Shown one piece after another: positions 16,934-25,264 of a stretch of DNA of 32,629 bases. This DNA is from a virus (Duplodnaviria > Caudoviricetes). A program made the position numbers and the translations under genes. The stretch lies in the IMG/VR virus record IMGVR_UViG_3300044266_000309, positions 1 to 32,629 of that record. One strand, given 5' to 3'. Below the pieces are notes generated by a model that saw only the letters and a list, made by a program, of their open reading frames with translations, was not told where the DNA came from and did no database searches. Positions within the stretch are counted from its first letter, which is position 1; each line of letters opens with the position of its first letter.

Positions 16934-18849
16934 TGGCCGCCTGGCGTGACTCCGCGACCGTCACGGTCTACATCAGCTTTGCTGACAACCCGCTCACCGC
17001 AGCGGCGTCGGGCACATGGGTCGACGTGACCACCGACGTGCGGGACTGGTCGATTCGTCGAGGCCGCACGACCGAGCTGTCGAACTACTCGCCCGGTACT
17101 GCTCAGGTGACGTTGGACAACCGTGCCCGCAAGTACGACCCGAGCAACACGGCAGGCGCCTACTACGGCCAACTGCTGCCGATGCGGCGCATCAAGATCG
17201 TGGCCTCCAGCGGCGCTACGACGGCCACCGTGTTCACCGGCTACGTGATGGGCTGGCCGATCGAGTACCCCGGCATGATCGACAGCGAAGTCACGCTGCA
17301 ATGCGTTGACGCCACTCGCATCTTGAGCCAGTACGCAGCGCCGGCAACCGCATACGAAGCCAAGGTGCTGGCTGATTCGCCGTTGCATTACTGGCGGCTG
17401 GATGACATCAGCAACGGCACCTCACCGGCCACGGTCGGCGGAGTCGATGCCATCAACTTCAACCAGGGCGACCCTGCGTACAACGCCCCTGCCGACCTTG
17501 CCATCACTCGCCCGGTCGGCCCGTCAACGACAGTCGCCAATGCCGGTTGGGCCGCAACCGGAACTAGCGCCACCAATCCCATGACGGTCGAGGGCTGGTT
17601 CTGGAATTTCCAGTACGGCGTCGTCGGCGGCAACAACATCGCTCGAGTGGCGGCCTCGTCGACCAGTTGGATCCGACTGGCCATCGGTGCCACCGACGGC
17701 ACCGTCTCGGTCGGTTACAGCAACTCGGCTGACGTCAAGTCGTACACGTACGCAGCGATCGGTTGGCGTGTCACCCAGTCGCTGGTGCATTTGGTGCTGA
17801 CCGCCACGACCACCACGTTGACGTTGTATGCCAACGGCCAGCAGGTGTGGCAGGGGTCGCTGTCGGCTGCGACCAGCACCAACACGTTCTCGGCGTTGCC
17901 GCCTCCGTCGATGCAGGCCGTAGCGCAACCTCGCAGCGGTTCACCGGTCAACCCGGCGATCTACGGACTCGCTGTCTATGGCGCCAACCTGACCTCCACC
18001 AAGGTGCTCGATCACTACATCGCCGGTCTCACTGGCTGGGGCCACCCGTACGGCGACCGAGCTGGCGCACGCATCGACGCAGTCTTGACCGCTATCGGCT
18101 GGCCATCGGCTGATCGTGCCCTGTCAACCGGTTCGACCGTGCTCGGCGCATACACCGGGCAGGGTTCGCCGCTCAGCATCTGCCAAGCGTGTTCGGACGC
18201 CGACCAAGGGCTGCTGTTCATCTCGGGCGACGGCAAAGTCACGTTCCGGGACCGGCAATGGCAATGGACAAACGCTGACAGCCGCACCTCGCAAGCGACG
18301 TTCGGCGACACCGCCGGCGAGACGCCGTACTACGACATCGAGATCGACGGCAACCATGTCGACTGGGTGCGCAACGTCGTCACCGTGTCGTACGAGGGCG
18401 CATCGGTCACGGTCAAGGATGCGTCATCAACAGCGGCCTATGGCGAACAGGACGAGTCGGTGTCGGCCAGTCTCATCCCGGCAGGCGGCGGTTTCGTGGC
18501 ACGCCAGTTGGCCGCCTACCGGCTGCGGATGCGCAAGACACCCAAGACCCGTATCCCGTCGCTGAAAGTCAAGCCTCGAGTGGCGACCTCGACGCACCTA
18601 CCGACGCTGCTGGGCCTTGAGCTCGGGGAGCGTGTGACCGTCAACCGTCGCCCGACCGGTGGCACCGGCTCGTTCTCGCAGGCGTGCACCGTCCAAGGCA
18701 TTGCACATCAGGTGACGCCCGACAACTGGACGACCACGCTGTACCTGGCACCAACCGTCGCCTCGTACACCGAGGGTCCGTACCTGACGCTTGGCGATGC
18801 GACCTACGGAAAGATCGGCACGGTCGCCGGTAACACCATCCCGTTCTGA
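16933..18849 (+). CDS. Minor tail/tail-tip protein with inserted LamG-like domain
   Basis: WVDVTTDV..IRRGR..LDN N-terminus; ADSPLHYWRLDD...TVEGWF...LYANG LamG-like insert; LELGERVTV C-terminus. Confidence 0.8.
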   Translation: MAAWRDSATVTVYISFADNPLTAAASGTWVDVTTDVRDWSIRRGRTTELSNYSPGTAQVTLDNRARKYDPSNTAGAYYGQLLPMRRIKIVASSGATTATVFTGYVMGWPIEYPGMIDSEVTLQCVDATRILSQYAAPATAYEAKVLADSPLHYWRLDDISNGTSPATVGGVDAINFNQGDPAYNAPADLAITRPVGPSTTVANAGWAATGTSATNPMTVEGWFWNFQYGVVGGNNIARVAASSTSWIRLAIGATDGTVSVGYSNSADVKSYTYAAIGWRVTQSLVHLVLTATTTTLTLYANGQQVWQGSLSAATSTNTFSALPPPSMQAVAQPRSGSPVNPAIYGLAVYGANLTSTKVLDHYIAGLTGWGHPYGDRAGARIDAVLTAIGWPSADRALSTGSTVLGAYTGQGSPLSICQACSDADQGLLFISGDGKVTFRDRQWQWTNADSRTSQATFGDTAGETPYYDIEIDGNHVDWVRNVVTVSYEGASVTVKDASSTAAYGEQDESVSASLIPAGGGFVARQLAAYRLRMRKTPKTRIPSLKVKPRVATSTHLPTLLGLELGERVTVNRRPTGGTGSFSQACTVQGIAHQVTPDNWTTTLYLAPTVASYTEGPYLTLGDATYGKIGTVAGNTIPF

Positions 18850-18858
18850 GGAGGACAC

Positions 18859-19476
18859 ATGCCCGACGCAGGGCTTGCAGACGGCTCGGTTCTGACGAGC
18901 GCCAACTACGACACCTACCTGCGCCAACAGGTCGTCGCTCAGGTCACCAGCGGCACCAGGCCGACCGGTTTCGAGGGCCGACTGATCGCCGAATCGGACA
19001 CCGACCGCATCGTCTGTTACGACGGCGCCAACTGGATTCGAGTGGGTGCCTACTCCTCGTCAGGTCGCAGTGGCGTCAACCTGTCGCGCATCAGCACCGT
19101 GCAGTCGATCCCTACCGGCACCGCTGTGTTCACGGCGATCTCGTGGGACACCGAATCGACCGACACCGACAACTACATCACGGCACCGTCGACCGACATC
19201 ACCATCCCGACCGGCCTTGGCGGCTTCTACGCCGTCACTGCAACCGTGTCGTGGGCCACGTCGCCGGGAGGCAACTCGTCGATCGAGTTCTACAACAGCT
19301 CGACCAGCGGCATCTGGCGGTTTCCGATCGGTGCGGGCACGCAGATGACGTCGTGCGCACTCACGATGATCGCCGATGTGGCCGCTGGCAACGTCTGCCA
19401 GCTGCGTGTTTCGCAGGGCACTGCCGGCGCAATCAACGTCAACGCAACCTTGCAGATGTGGAGGCTGTCAGCATGA
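18859..19476 (+). CDS. Minor tail / receptor-binding protein
   Basis: DGSVLTSANYDTYL N-terminus; C-terminal beta sandwich (ITIPTGLGGFYAVTATV). Confidence 0.7.
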   Translation: MPDAGLADGSVLTSANYDTYLRQQVVAQVTSGTRPTGFEGRLIAESDTDRIVCYDGANWIRVGAYSSSGRSGVNLSRISTVQSIPTGTAVFTAISWDTESTDTDNYITAPSTDITIPTGLGGFYAVTATVSWATSPGGNSSIEFYNSSTSGIWRFPIGAGTQMTSCALTMIADVAAGNVCQLRVSQGTAGAINVNATLQMWRLSA

Positions 19477-20075
19477 TCGAGTTCCCGCCCGTCGAGATGC
19501 CCAGCGACCTGACCGGCGTCGCTAACGGCAAGCTCGGCCCGTGCAACCTGACCACGGTCTACTTCCCGCAGGTCGGACACCTGTCAATGCATCCGCTGGC
19601 CGCCCGCGCGTGGCACGCCATGACCGCTGTCTGCAAGGCCGAGACGAAAGCCGACCTGACAACAACCGGCACCTACCGCTCCATTGACGCGCAACTGCAG
19701 CTGTTTCTGCAGCGTTACACGCCGACGTTCCTGCCGATCCGCAACGTCATCACCTCGCAGCGCAACTACCAAGGCAAAACGTGGTGGCTCAAGCGTGGCT
19801 ACTCGCCCGCAGCGGTGCCTGGCACCTCAAACCACGGCTGGGGCATTGCCGTCGACATTGCGATTGCTGCGCCGCTGGTCGTGCCGATCACCGCTGACCC
19901 CAAGGTGTGGCAGTGGGTGCAGGACAACGCCATGTCGTTCGGCTTCGGCTGGGAAGGCGCACGGCCCGGTATGCCCGGTTGGGAACCATGGCACCTCCGC
20001 TACTGGGCCGGCGATCTAGTGCCCGCACGTGTACGTGATGTCGAAGCGTGGTTCGCTGCGCAGGTGAAGCCGTGA
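19473..20075 (+). CDS. Endolysin, peptidase M15 (VanY-like Zn peptidase)
   Basis: YRS..Q, PGTSNHGWGIAVD (SxHxxGxAxD), EPWH; start re-called to ATG 19473. Confidence 0.88.
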   Translation: MIEFPPVEMPSDLTGVANGKLGPCNLTTVYFPQVGHLSMHPLAARAWHAMTAVCKAETKADLTTTGTYRSIDAQLQLFLQRYTPTFLPIRNVITSQRNYQGKTWWLKRGYSPAAVPGTSNHGWGIAVDIAIAAPLVVPITADPKVWQWVQDNAMSFGFGWEGARPGMPGWEPWHLRYWAGDLVPARVRDVEAWFAAQVKP

Positions 20076-20341
20076 TCGGCCTGTCGACCGCCGAATCCAC
20101 CGTGATCGCCGCCGTCGTGCCGGTACTGGTGGTGCAGGGTGTGCAGATCTGGCAGGCGACGCAGGCCCGCAAGCAGTCGAAGGCAACCTCGGCGCAGCTG
20201 GTCCCCAATGGCGGATCATCGTTGCGTGACGCCGTGGACCGGCTCGAGCACAAGGTCGACGGCTTGCACGATCGCCACGATCACCTGTCGTCGCGCATCA
20301 CGCTCATCGAAGATCACATCACCCGCCCCAAGGAGGACTAG
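20072..20341 (+). CDS. Lysis-associated membrane protein (1 TM + coiled coil)
   Basis: Hydrophobic N-terminus, PNGGSSLRDAVDRLE motif, coupled to the endolysin. Confidence 0.7.
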   Translation: MIGLSTAESTVIAAVVPVLVVQGVQIWQATQARKQSKATSAQLVPNGGSSLRDAVDRLEHKVDGLHDRHDHLSSRITLIEDHITRPKED

Positions 20342-21061
20342 GTGCCCGCAATCACGCAAGCACCCGCAACGCTCGACGTGATCGGTGTCGCCGGTGACGC
20401 CCTGACCGTCACGGTCGGGATCACCGAGAACGGCGCCGACTACCCGTGGACCGGTGTGACCGTCACGACCGGCATCCTGTCGTCAGGCGTCACGCAGGCC
20501 ACCAACTGGGCGACATCAACGCCAACTGACGGCGTGCTGGTGCTGTCGCTGACGAATGCCAACACGACGACGCTCGGCGCAAACACGTTCCAGTTCTTCG
20601 TGCAGTTCACCAAGGCCGGTGCGACTCGTTCGCTGATCGCTGGCACGCTCACCGTCATGGCCGCCGGTTGGGGCGGCACCTCAACCTCGACGGCCACGAT
20701 TGCTGCACAGTCGATCGCCGTCACCGGACAGGTCACCGGCGCACAGGGCCAGTGGGACACGGCACAGACGATCAACGCCCAGACCGGCACGACCTACTCG
20801 TTGGTCGCTGGCGATGTCGGCAAGTTGGTGACGCTGACCAACGCCTCGGCCATCACGCTGACCGTGCCCTCTGGTCTCGGACTCAGCAACGGCACACGCA
20901 TCGACCTCGCCCAGCTCGGCGCGGGACAGGTCACGGTCGCAGCCTCGGGCACGACAATCAACGCCTCGCCCGGCCTCAAGCTGCGGGCGCAGTACTCGGC
21001 GGCCACCTTGATTCAGACCGCAGCCAACACGTTCCTGCTGGTGGGCGATCTCAGTGCCTAG
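20342..21061 (+). CDS. Tail fibre/baseplate-associated structural protein
   Basis: AAGGAGG SD; INAQTGTTYSLVAGDVGKLV...GAGQVTV...LRAQYSAATL fibre-type domain. Confidence 0.7.
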   Translation: MPAITQAPATLDVIGVAGDALTVTVGITENGADYPWTGVTVTTGILSSGVTQATNWATSTPTDGVLVLSLTNANTTTLGANTFQFFVQFTKAGATRSLIAGTLTVMAAGWGGTSTSTATIAAQSIAVTGQVTGAQGQWDTAQTINAQTGTTYSLVAGDVGKLVTLTNASAITLTVPSGLGLSNGTRIDLAQLGAGQVTVAASGTTINASPGLKLRAQYSAATLIQTAANTFLLVGDLSA

Positions 21062-22424
21062 CACTCTCGGCATTGTCGCTGCAGGCGAGGACGTTCTCAA
21101 CGACGCCGTGTTCTGGGTCGACGCTGCACGCTCGTCGGTCGTCTCCGGCGCGCTGTCGAACCTCGGTACCGGCGGTTCGGCGCTCAACGCTCAGTTCGGC
21201 AACACGACCGGCGTCGACACGTTCGATCCTGCGCTGCTGACGCACACCGGCACGAACTATCTTTGGTTGCCTGGCTCAAGCGTCAACTATGCCGACACGC
21301 CATCCACCAGCGCACTCAACATCACCGGCGACATTGAGCTAGAAGTCGTCTTCCATACTGCCCCAGACTGGACGTCTCTGCCGTCTACAAACGGCGCATT
21401 GCTGGGCAAGGAAACGGCATCCAACAGGTCGTACGTCCTACGGCGAACGCTAGGCGCTCTCACCGTCAGTTTTGTGTGGAGCGTCGATGGTTCAACCGTT
21501 ACGTCCGTGCAATCCACGTCAAACGTGCCAGCAGGCAGTAACGCCATCAAGGTCCAACACGATGTCGATAACGGATCGTCTCAAAACACGGTGACCTTCT
21601 ACACATCGTCCAATTACGGCGTTTCCTACTCTCAACTTGGCAACGTCGTGACAACGTCTGGCGTGACGTCGCACTACGTCGGCACCGCTGCTGTCACCGT
21701 CGGCACGAGCCTGTCTGGAAACCTTGATGCCGCCGGATACAGACGCGCCATCGTTCGCAACGGCATTGGCGGCACCACCGTGTTCGACGCCGACTTCACG
21801 ACCGGCATCACGTCCGGCGCGCAGACCACGTTCACCGAGTCATCGGCCAACGCTGCGACGGTCACGATCAATCGGTCGACCTCGGGCCGCAAGGCTGTCG
21901 CCGTCGTGCGTCCCACGTTGCTGTTCGGCACCGACGATTACCTCGAGGTGGCCGACAACGCACTGCTGAACTTCGGTGCCAGCGACTCGTTCACCGTCGT
22001 GGCCGTGGTGCGGCAATGGGCAACGCCGACCAGTTTCGGACGCACGATCCAAAAAGCACCAGTGACCGGAGCCGGTTGGCAAATGCTGAACAACAGCACG
22101 CTCAACCTGCGTTATTTTGCAATGACCGACGGCACCACCAATGTGAACGCTGGAACGGGCAACCCTTACACGGCAGGAAGCATGGCTGTTACGACTGCCG
22201 TCCGCAACACTGTTGCCGACACAATTACGCTCTACAACGGAACGACGGCGCAGGCGGCAACCAACGACAGCACCACCAGTTCGTTGTCCAACAGCAACGT
22301 CATGCGCATCGGCACAGCATCCACCGGCGGAGCAGCGGCTGATTTTGAGTTGCTTGCCGCAGCCGTCTGGCGTCGTGCGCTGAACGCCAACGAGATCGCC
22401 ACCATCGTCGCCCGTTACACATAG
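21054..22424 (+). CDS. Lectin-like (LamG/ConA) fibre/receptor-binding protein
   Basis: VFWVDA, LLFGTDDYL, FTVVAVV, VWRRALNANEI; S/T/G/N-rich. Confidence 0.72.
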   Translation: MPSTLGIVAAGEDVLNDAVFWVDAARSSVVSGALSNLGTGGSALNAQFGNTTGVDTFDPALLTHTGTNYLWLPGSSVNYADTPSTSALNITGDIELEVVFHTAPDWTSLPSTNGALLGKETASNRSYVLRRTLGALTVSFVWSVDGSTVTSVQSTSNVPAGSNAIKVQHDVDNGSSQNTVTFYTSSNYGVSYSQLGNVVTTSGVTSHYVGTAAVTVGTSLSGNLDAAGYRRAIVRNGIGGTTVFDADFTTGITSGAQTTFTESSANAATVTINRSTSGRKAVAVVRPTLLFGTDDYLEVADNALLNFGASDSFTVVAVVRQWATPTSFGRTIQKAPVTGAGWQMLNNSTLNLRYFAMTDGTTNVNAGTGNPYTAGSMAVTTAVRNTVADTITLYNGTTAQAATNDSTTSSLSNSNVMRIGTASTGGAAADFELLAAAVWRRALNANEIATIVARYT

Positions 22425-22433
22425 GAGCATCAC

Positions 22434-22613
22434 ATGCACCACCTGTTCGGATCGGACAGCCGAGCGAGCGCGCTCCGCACCCTGCTGCGCGCCGTTGTCG
22501 TCATCGGCACCGCCTTCGGGCTGAAGATGACCCCGGAACAGATCGCCGCCGTGCAGCTCGGCATCGAGGCCATCCTGCAGTTCGGCCGATCGTGGTTCAC
22601 GAAAGGCGGCTGA
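22434..22613 (+). CDS. Putative holin (59 aa)
   Basis: AGGAG SD; two hydrophobic stretches around TPEQIAAV; not in the ORF track. Confidence 0.6.
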   Translation: MHHLFGSDSRASALRTLLRAVVVIGTAFGLKMTPEQIAAVQLGIEAILQFGRSWFTKGG

Positions 22614-22614
22614 C

Positions 22615-22860
22615 GTGAACTTGGCCGATCGGCTGAACGCCGAAGCGCATCGCAACTGGCGTGCACGTTGCGCCGTGCAGCTCCTGCTCGAGCAACTCGA
22701 CAAGTCGGATGGCGACGCCCTGCGAGATGCACTCGGCAAGCGCGACCAGTTCAGCAACGGACAGATCGAACGCGCACTTGCCGCCGAGGGCCACGGGCAC
22801 GTCAAGTCGTACACGATCATGCGCCACCGGAACGGCAGCTGCTCCTGTGGCGCTCGGTGA
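22615..22860 (+). CDS. Small putative Zn-binding HTH protein
   Basis: C near the N-terminus and RHRNGSCSC at the C-terminus, with helix-turn-helix spacing between. Confidence 0.65.
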   Translation: MNLADRLNAEAHRNWRARCAVQLLLEQLDKSDGDALRDALGKRDQFSNGQIERALAAEGHGHVKSYTIMRHRNGSCSCGAR

Positions 22861-23995
22861 AGCACTCAGTAACGAGCAGCAACCGAACCGGATAGCCACG
22901 CTCGGCAAGATCGCCGACCTGCTTGACCGCAACGGCATCGACGTCGACGACGTGGGCAAGGTCGCCAAGATCAACCTGTGGCAGGGTTTTTACAAAGACG
23001 CTGACGGCGAAGCGCACACGGTCGACATGGCCGGGATCACGTTGTCGCCGCACTGGGCCGAGGGCCCTGCCTGGCCGGTCGTGCAGCCTGGCCCCAGCAT
23101 CAGCCTGCCGACCCGCAAGACGACCGCCACCCGCAACGACGGCTGGCACGACGCCGTGATTTTGCCCGACATGCAGGTCGGCTACTACCGCAGTCGCACC
23201 GGTGACCTCGAGCCGATCCACGACGAGGACGCCATTGCCATCGCGCTGCATATCACCGCCGACATAAACCCGTCGCTGGTCGTGCTGGTCGGCGACAACC
23301 TCGATGCCGCCGAACTCGGCAAGTACCGCACCTCGCCGGCATACCAGCAGACCACGCAGGCCGCCATTGACCGGCTCGCCACGCTGTGCGCCGAATTACG
23401 CGCCGCAGCACCCAACGCTCGCATCGTCTGGCTCGCAGGCAACCATGAGGAACGCCTACCCCGCTACCTGTTGGACAACGCTGTTGCAGCGTTCGGGCTC
23501 CGCAAGGGCAACGCCCCTGAGTCGTGGCCGGTGCTCAGCCTGCCGTATCTGGCACGGATGGACGAGCACGACGTCGAGTACCTGCCCGGCTATCCGGCAT
23601 CGTCGTTCTGGATCAACGACCGCTTGCGTGTCATCCACGGCGACAAGGTGGCCAGCGGCGGCAGCACGGCGCACAAGTACCTCGGCAACGAGAAGGTCAG
23701 CGTCATCTACGGGCACATCCACCGACGTGAATACGCAGCCCGGACACGTGAGGACCGTGACGGCCCCAAGGAAGTGATGGCGGCATCGCCCGGATGTCTC
23801 GCCAAGATCACCGGCGAGGTGCCCAGCACCAAGGGCGGCGTCGACCTTGACGGCAGGCCGCTGACCCGCATCGAGGACTGGCAGCAAGGTCTGGCCGTCG
23901 TCACCTACCAGGAGGCCGACGGCATGTTCACGTATCACAACATCGCCATCCACGATGGCTGGGCGATGTACGGCGGCAAGGAATACACGGCATGA
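22847..23995 (+). CDS. Calcineurin-like metallophosphoesterase (Mre11/SbcD superfamily)
   Basis: PDMQ, GDNLD, GNHE, HGD, GHIH motifs; start re-called to GTG 22847. Confidence 0.88.
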   Translation: MALGEALSNEQQPNRIATLGKIADLLDRNGIDVDDVGKVAKINLWQGFYKDADGEAHTVDMAGITLSPHWAEGPAWPVVQPGPSISLPTRKTTATRNDGWHDAVILPDMQVGYYRSRTGDLEPIHDEDAIAIALHITADINPSLVVLVGDNLDAAELGKYRTSPAYQQTTQAAIDRLATLCAELRAAAPNARIVWLAGNHEERLPRYLLDNAVAAFGLRKGNAPESWPVLSLPYLARMDEHDVEYLPGYPASSFWINDRLRVIHGDKVASGGSTAHKYLGNEKVSVIYGHIHRREYAARTREDRDGPKEVMAASPGCLAKITGEVPSTKGGVDLDGRPLTRIEDWQQGLAVVTYQEADGMFTYHNIAIHDGWAMYGGKEYTA

Positions 23996-23999
23996 GCGC

Positions 24000-24473
24000 T
24001 CAGTTTGAGGTGTAACGCCAACTAGTCCAACGGTCTTGCGATATGGAGTCGATGAAACGTTGCTGTTCGGCGTAATCGGCATCAAGCAAAGCCGTCATGG
24101 CGTTGACTTCATCTTGCGTCGCAAACGCACTGAAACTGAAACCGTCGCTGTTTGTGCCAAAGATGGTCGCTGTGGTGACGCCTGGGATTTGCCGAGGCGT
24201 AAAGGCCGGAATGATTACTGGCTCAATGACAACGCTGCAGTCTGGACATTCATAGTGCGATTGATCGACCGTTTCGTGTGGATCATGGTCGAACGCTCCT
24301 TCCGTGCCGTCGCACCAGTGCGAAGCGTCAACCACGTAACGCGCACGTCGCATGTGCACCGCATGGCCGTTACCGCAATTGACGGTTGCTTCAAAGTCGA
24401 TGGCGTCCCTGCCCATCGTGACGTCAATCATGTCAACGTGTATCTCAAGCGTGAGGGGCGCCTTCAAGATCAT
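24000..24473 (-). CDS. Inverted moron, hypothetical Zn-binding protein
   Basis: Only credible ORF in the gap; CGNGH and CPDC; lower GC; own promoter. Alternative starts at 24482/24494. Confidence 0.65.
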   Translation of the reverse strand: MILKAPLTLEIHVDMIDVTMGRDAIDFEATVNCGNGHAVHMRRARYVVDASHWCDGTEGAFDHDPHETVDQSHYECPDCSVVIEPVIIPAFTPRQIPGVTTATIFGTNSDGFSFSAFATQDEVNAMTALLDADYAEQQRFIDSISQDRWTSWRYTSN

Positions 24474-24480
24474 CCGAGCC

Positions 24481-24508
24481 ATGCTGGTGACCATACCAAC
24501 GTTGTCAA
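24481..24508 (-). promoter_or_regulatory. Putative sigma70-type promoter of the moron
   Basis: Minus strand TTGACA-16 nt-CAGCAT-7 nt-ATG. Confidence 0.5.
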
Positions 24509-24532
24509 CAGCCCAAGCATTGCCTAGGACCC

Positions 24533-24682
24533 ATGATGAGCAAGCACCCGCTGAAGCTGACCGCCGGCGAATCCGCGCAGCTGGCATCGCTGATCGCTGC
24601 CGTGGCACGCCCCCGTTCACAGGACGAGGTGAGCGCCGTCGAGCGTTGGCTCGGGCGGCTGCTCAAGGCCAGCCGAGAATGA
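24533..24682 (+). CDS. 49-aa hypothetical protein (MMSKHPLKLTAGESAQLASL...)
   Basis: Phage-like codon use; ATGA overlap with the next gene. Confidence 0.65.
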   Translation: MMSKHPLKLTAGESAQLASLIAAVARPRSQDEVSAVERWLGRLLKASRE

Positions 24683-24912
24683 AGCGCAGGCCGGTGTGGA
24701 TCCGCTGGCACGATGCAGCGCATGTGGCGCCGGGGGAGTGGGTCACCGAGCTGGCCGACACCGGCGTGACTGTCCACACTGTTGGGGTGCTGATCGCCAA
24801 GACCAAGCGGCACCTCGTCGTTGCGCACTCGGTCGATTCATCCGGCAACGCCACTGGTGTGTTCTCCATTCCTCGCTCCGCCGTCGAGGAGTGGGGCGAA
24901 CTGACTGACTAG
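24679..24912 (+). CDS. Small beta-rich hypothetical protein (WxDA...TVGVLI...IPRSAV)
   Basis: Start re-called to ATG 24679; last gene before the terminator. Confidence 0.75.
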   Translation: MKRRPVWIRWHDAAHVAPGEWVTELADTGVTVHTVGVLIAKTKRHLVVAHSVDSSGNATGVFSIPRSAVEEWGELTD

Positions 24913-24941
24913 ATCGCGACGTCCGCCCGTCGCTGAGCGCT

Positions 24942-24983
24942 CGCCCCCGCCCTGCCTCCAGGGGCGGGGGCGTTGCTGCTTTT
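24942..24983 (+). terminator. Intrinsic terminator ending the late operon
   Basis: CGCCCCCGCCC/GGGCGGGGGCG stem followed by TTGCTGCTTTT. Confidence 0.75.
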
Positions 24984-25093
24984 GCGTGCGAAGTCGTGCG
25001 AAGTCGTGCGAAGTGTGCGAAGTTCACATTCAGATCGACAGCCCGTTTACCTGCGGTTTCGCGTTTTTGCCGATTACAAAACCCCTGATAACG

Positions 25094-25140
25094 CACCCTC
25101 TCAAGGTGGCGGCACGGGTTCGAATCCCGTACGGGCTGCA
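25094..25140 (+). other. attP: attP common core: 3' half of tRNA-Glu(CTC)
   Basis: CACC-CTCTCAA-GGTG anticodon arm, ACGGG-TTCGAAT-CCCGT T arm, ACGGGCT acceptor strand; no 5' half; next to the integrase. Confidence 0.88.
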
Positions 25141-25146
25141 ACACAA

Positions 25147-25190
25147 ACCCCCTGCTCAGAGCCACAATCTGGGCAGGGGGTTCGACTTTT
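25147..25190 (+). terminator. Hairpin terminator for the reconstituted tRNA after integration
   Basis: AACCCCCTGCTCAGA...TCTGGGCAGGGGGTT followed by a T run. Confidence 0.7.
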
Positions 25191-25229
25191 TCCAACGCTG
25201 CGCGTGCGAAGTATGCGAAGTTTTGCGGA

Positions 25230-25258
25230 TTGACTCCGCACGATGCGTGCGCCACCAT
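25230..25258 (+). promoter_or_regulatory. Putative leaderless integrase promoter
   Basis: TTGACT-17 nt-CACCAT-6 nt-GTG; no SD. Confidence 0.55.
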
Positions 25259-25264
25259 CGCCAC

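Larger units (their letters stand above)
24985..25221 (+). repeat. Integrase arm-type sites: (C)GTGCGAAGT x4 at 24985-25023 and two more (one ATGCGAAGT) at 25203-25221
   Basis: Tandem direct repeats on both sides of the tRNA-like core. Confidence 0.75.

Noticed and set aside
16933-22424. Diversity-generating retroelement or invertible fibre cassette
   Set aside because: No reverse transcriptase, no TR/VR pair and no invertase or inverted crossover sites seen.
24036-24527. Plus-strand 163-aa ORF overlapping the moron
   Set aside because: No SD or coupling and less protein-like; the minus-strand ORF has a promoter and coherent metal-ligand motifs.
25060-25140. Complete tRNA gene
   Set aside because: No 5' acceptor strand or D arm; only the 3' half is present, as expected for attP.
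24986-25264. N-terminal 93 codons of the 455-aa integrase ORF
   Set aside because: They run through arm repeats, the att core and a terminator; a promoter-like element points to GTG 25265.
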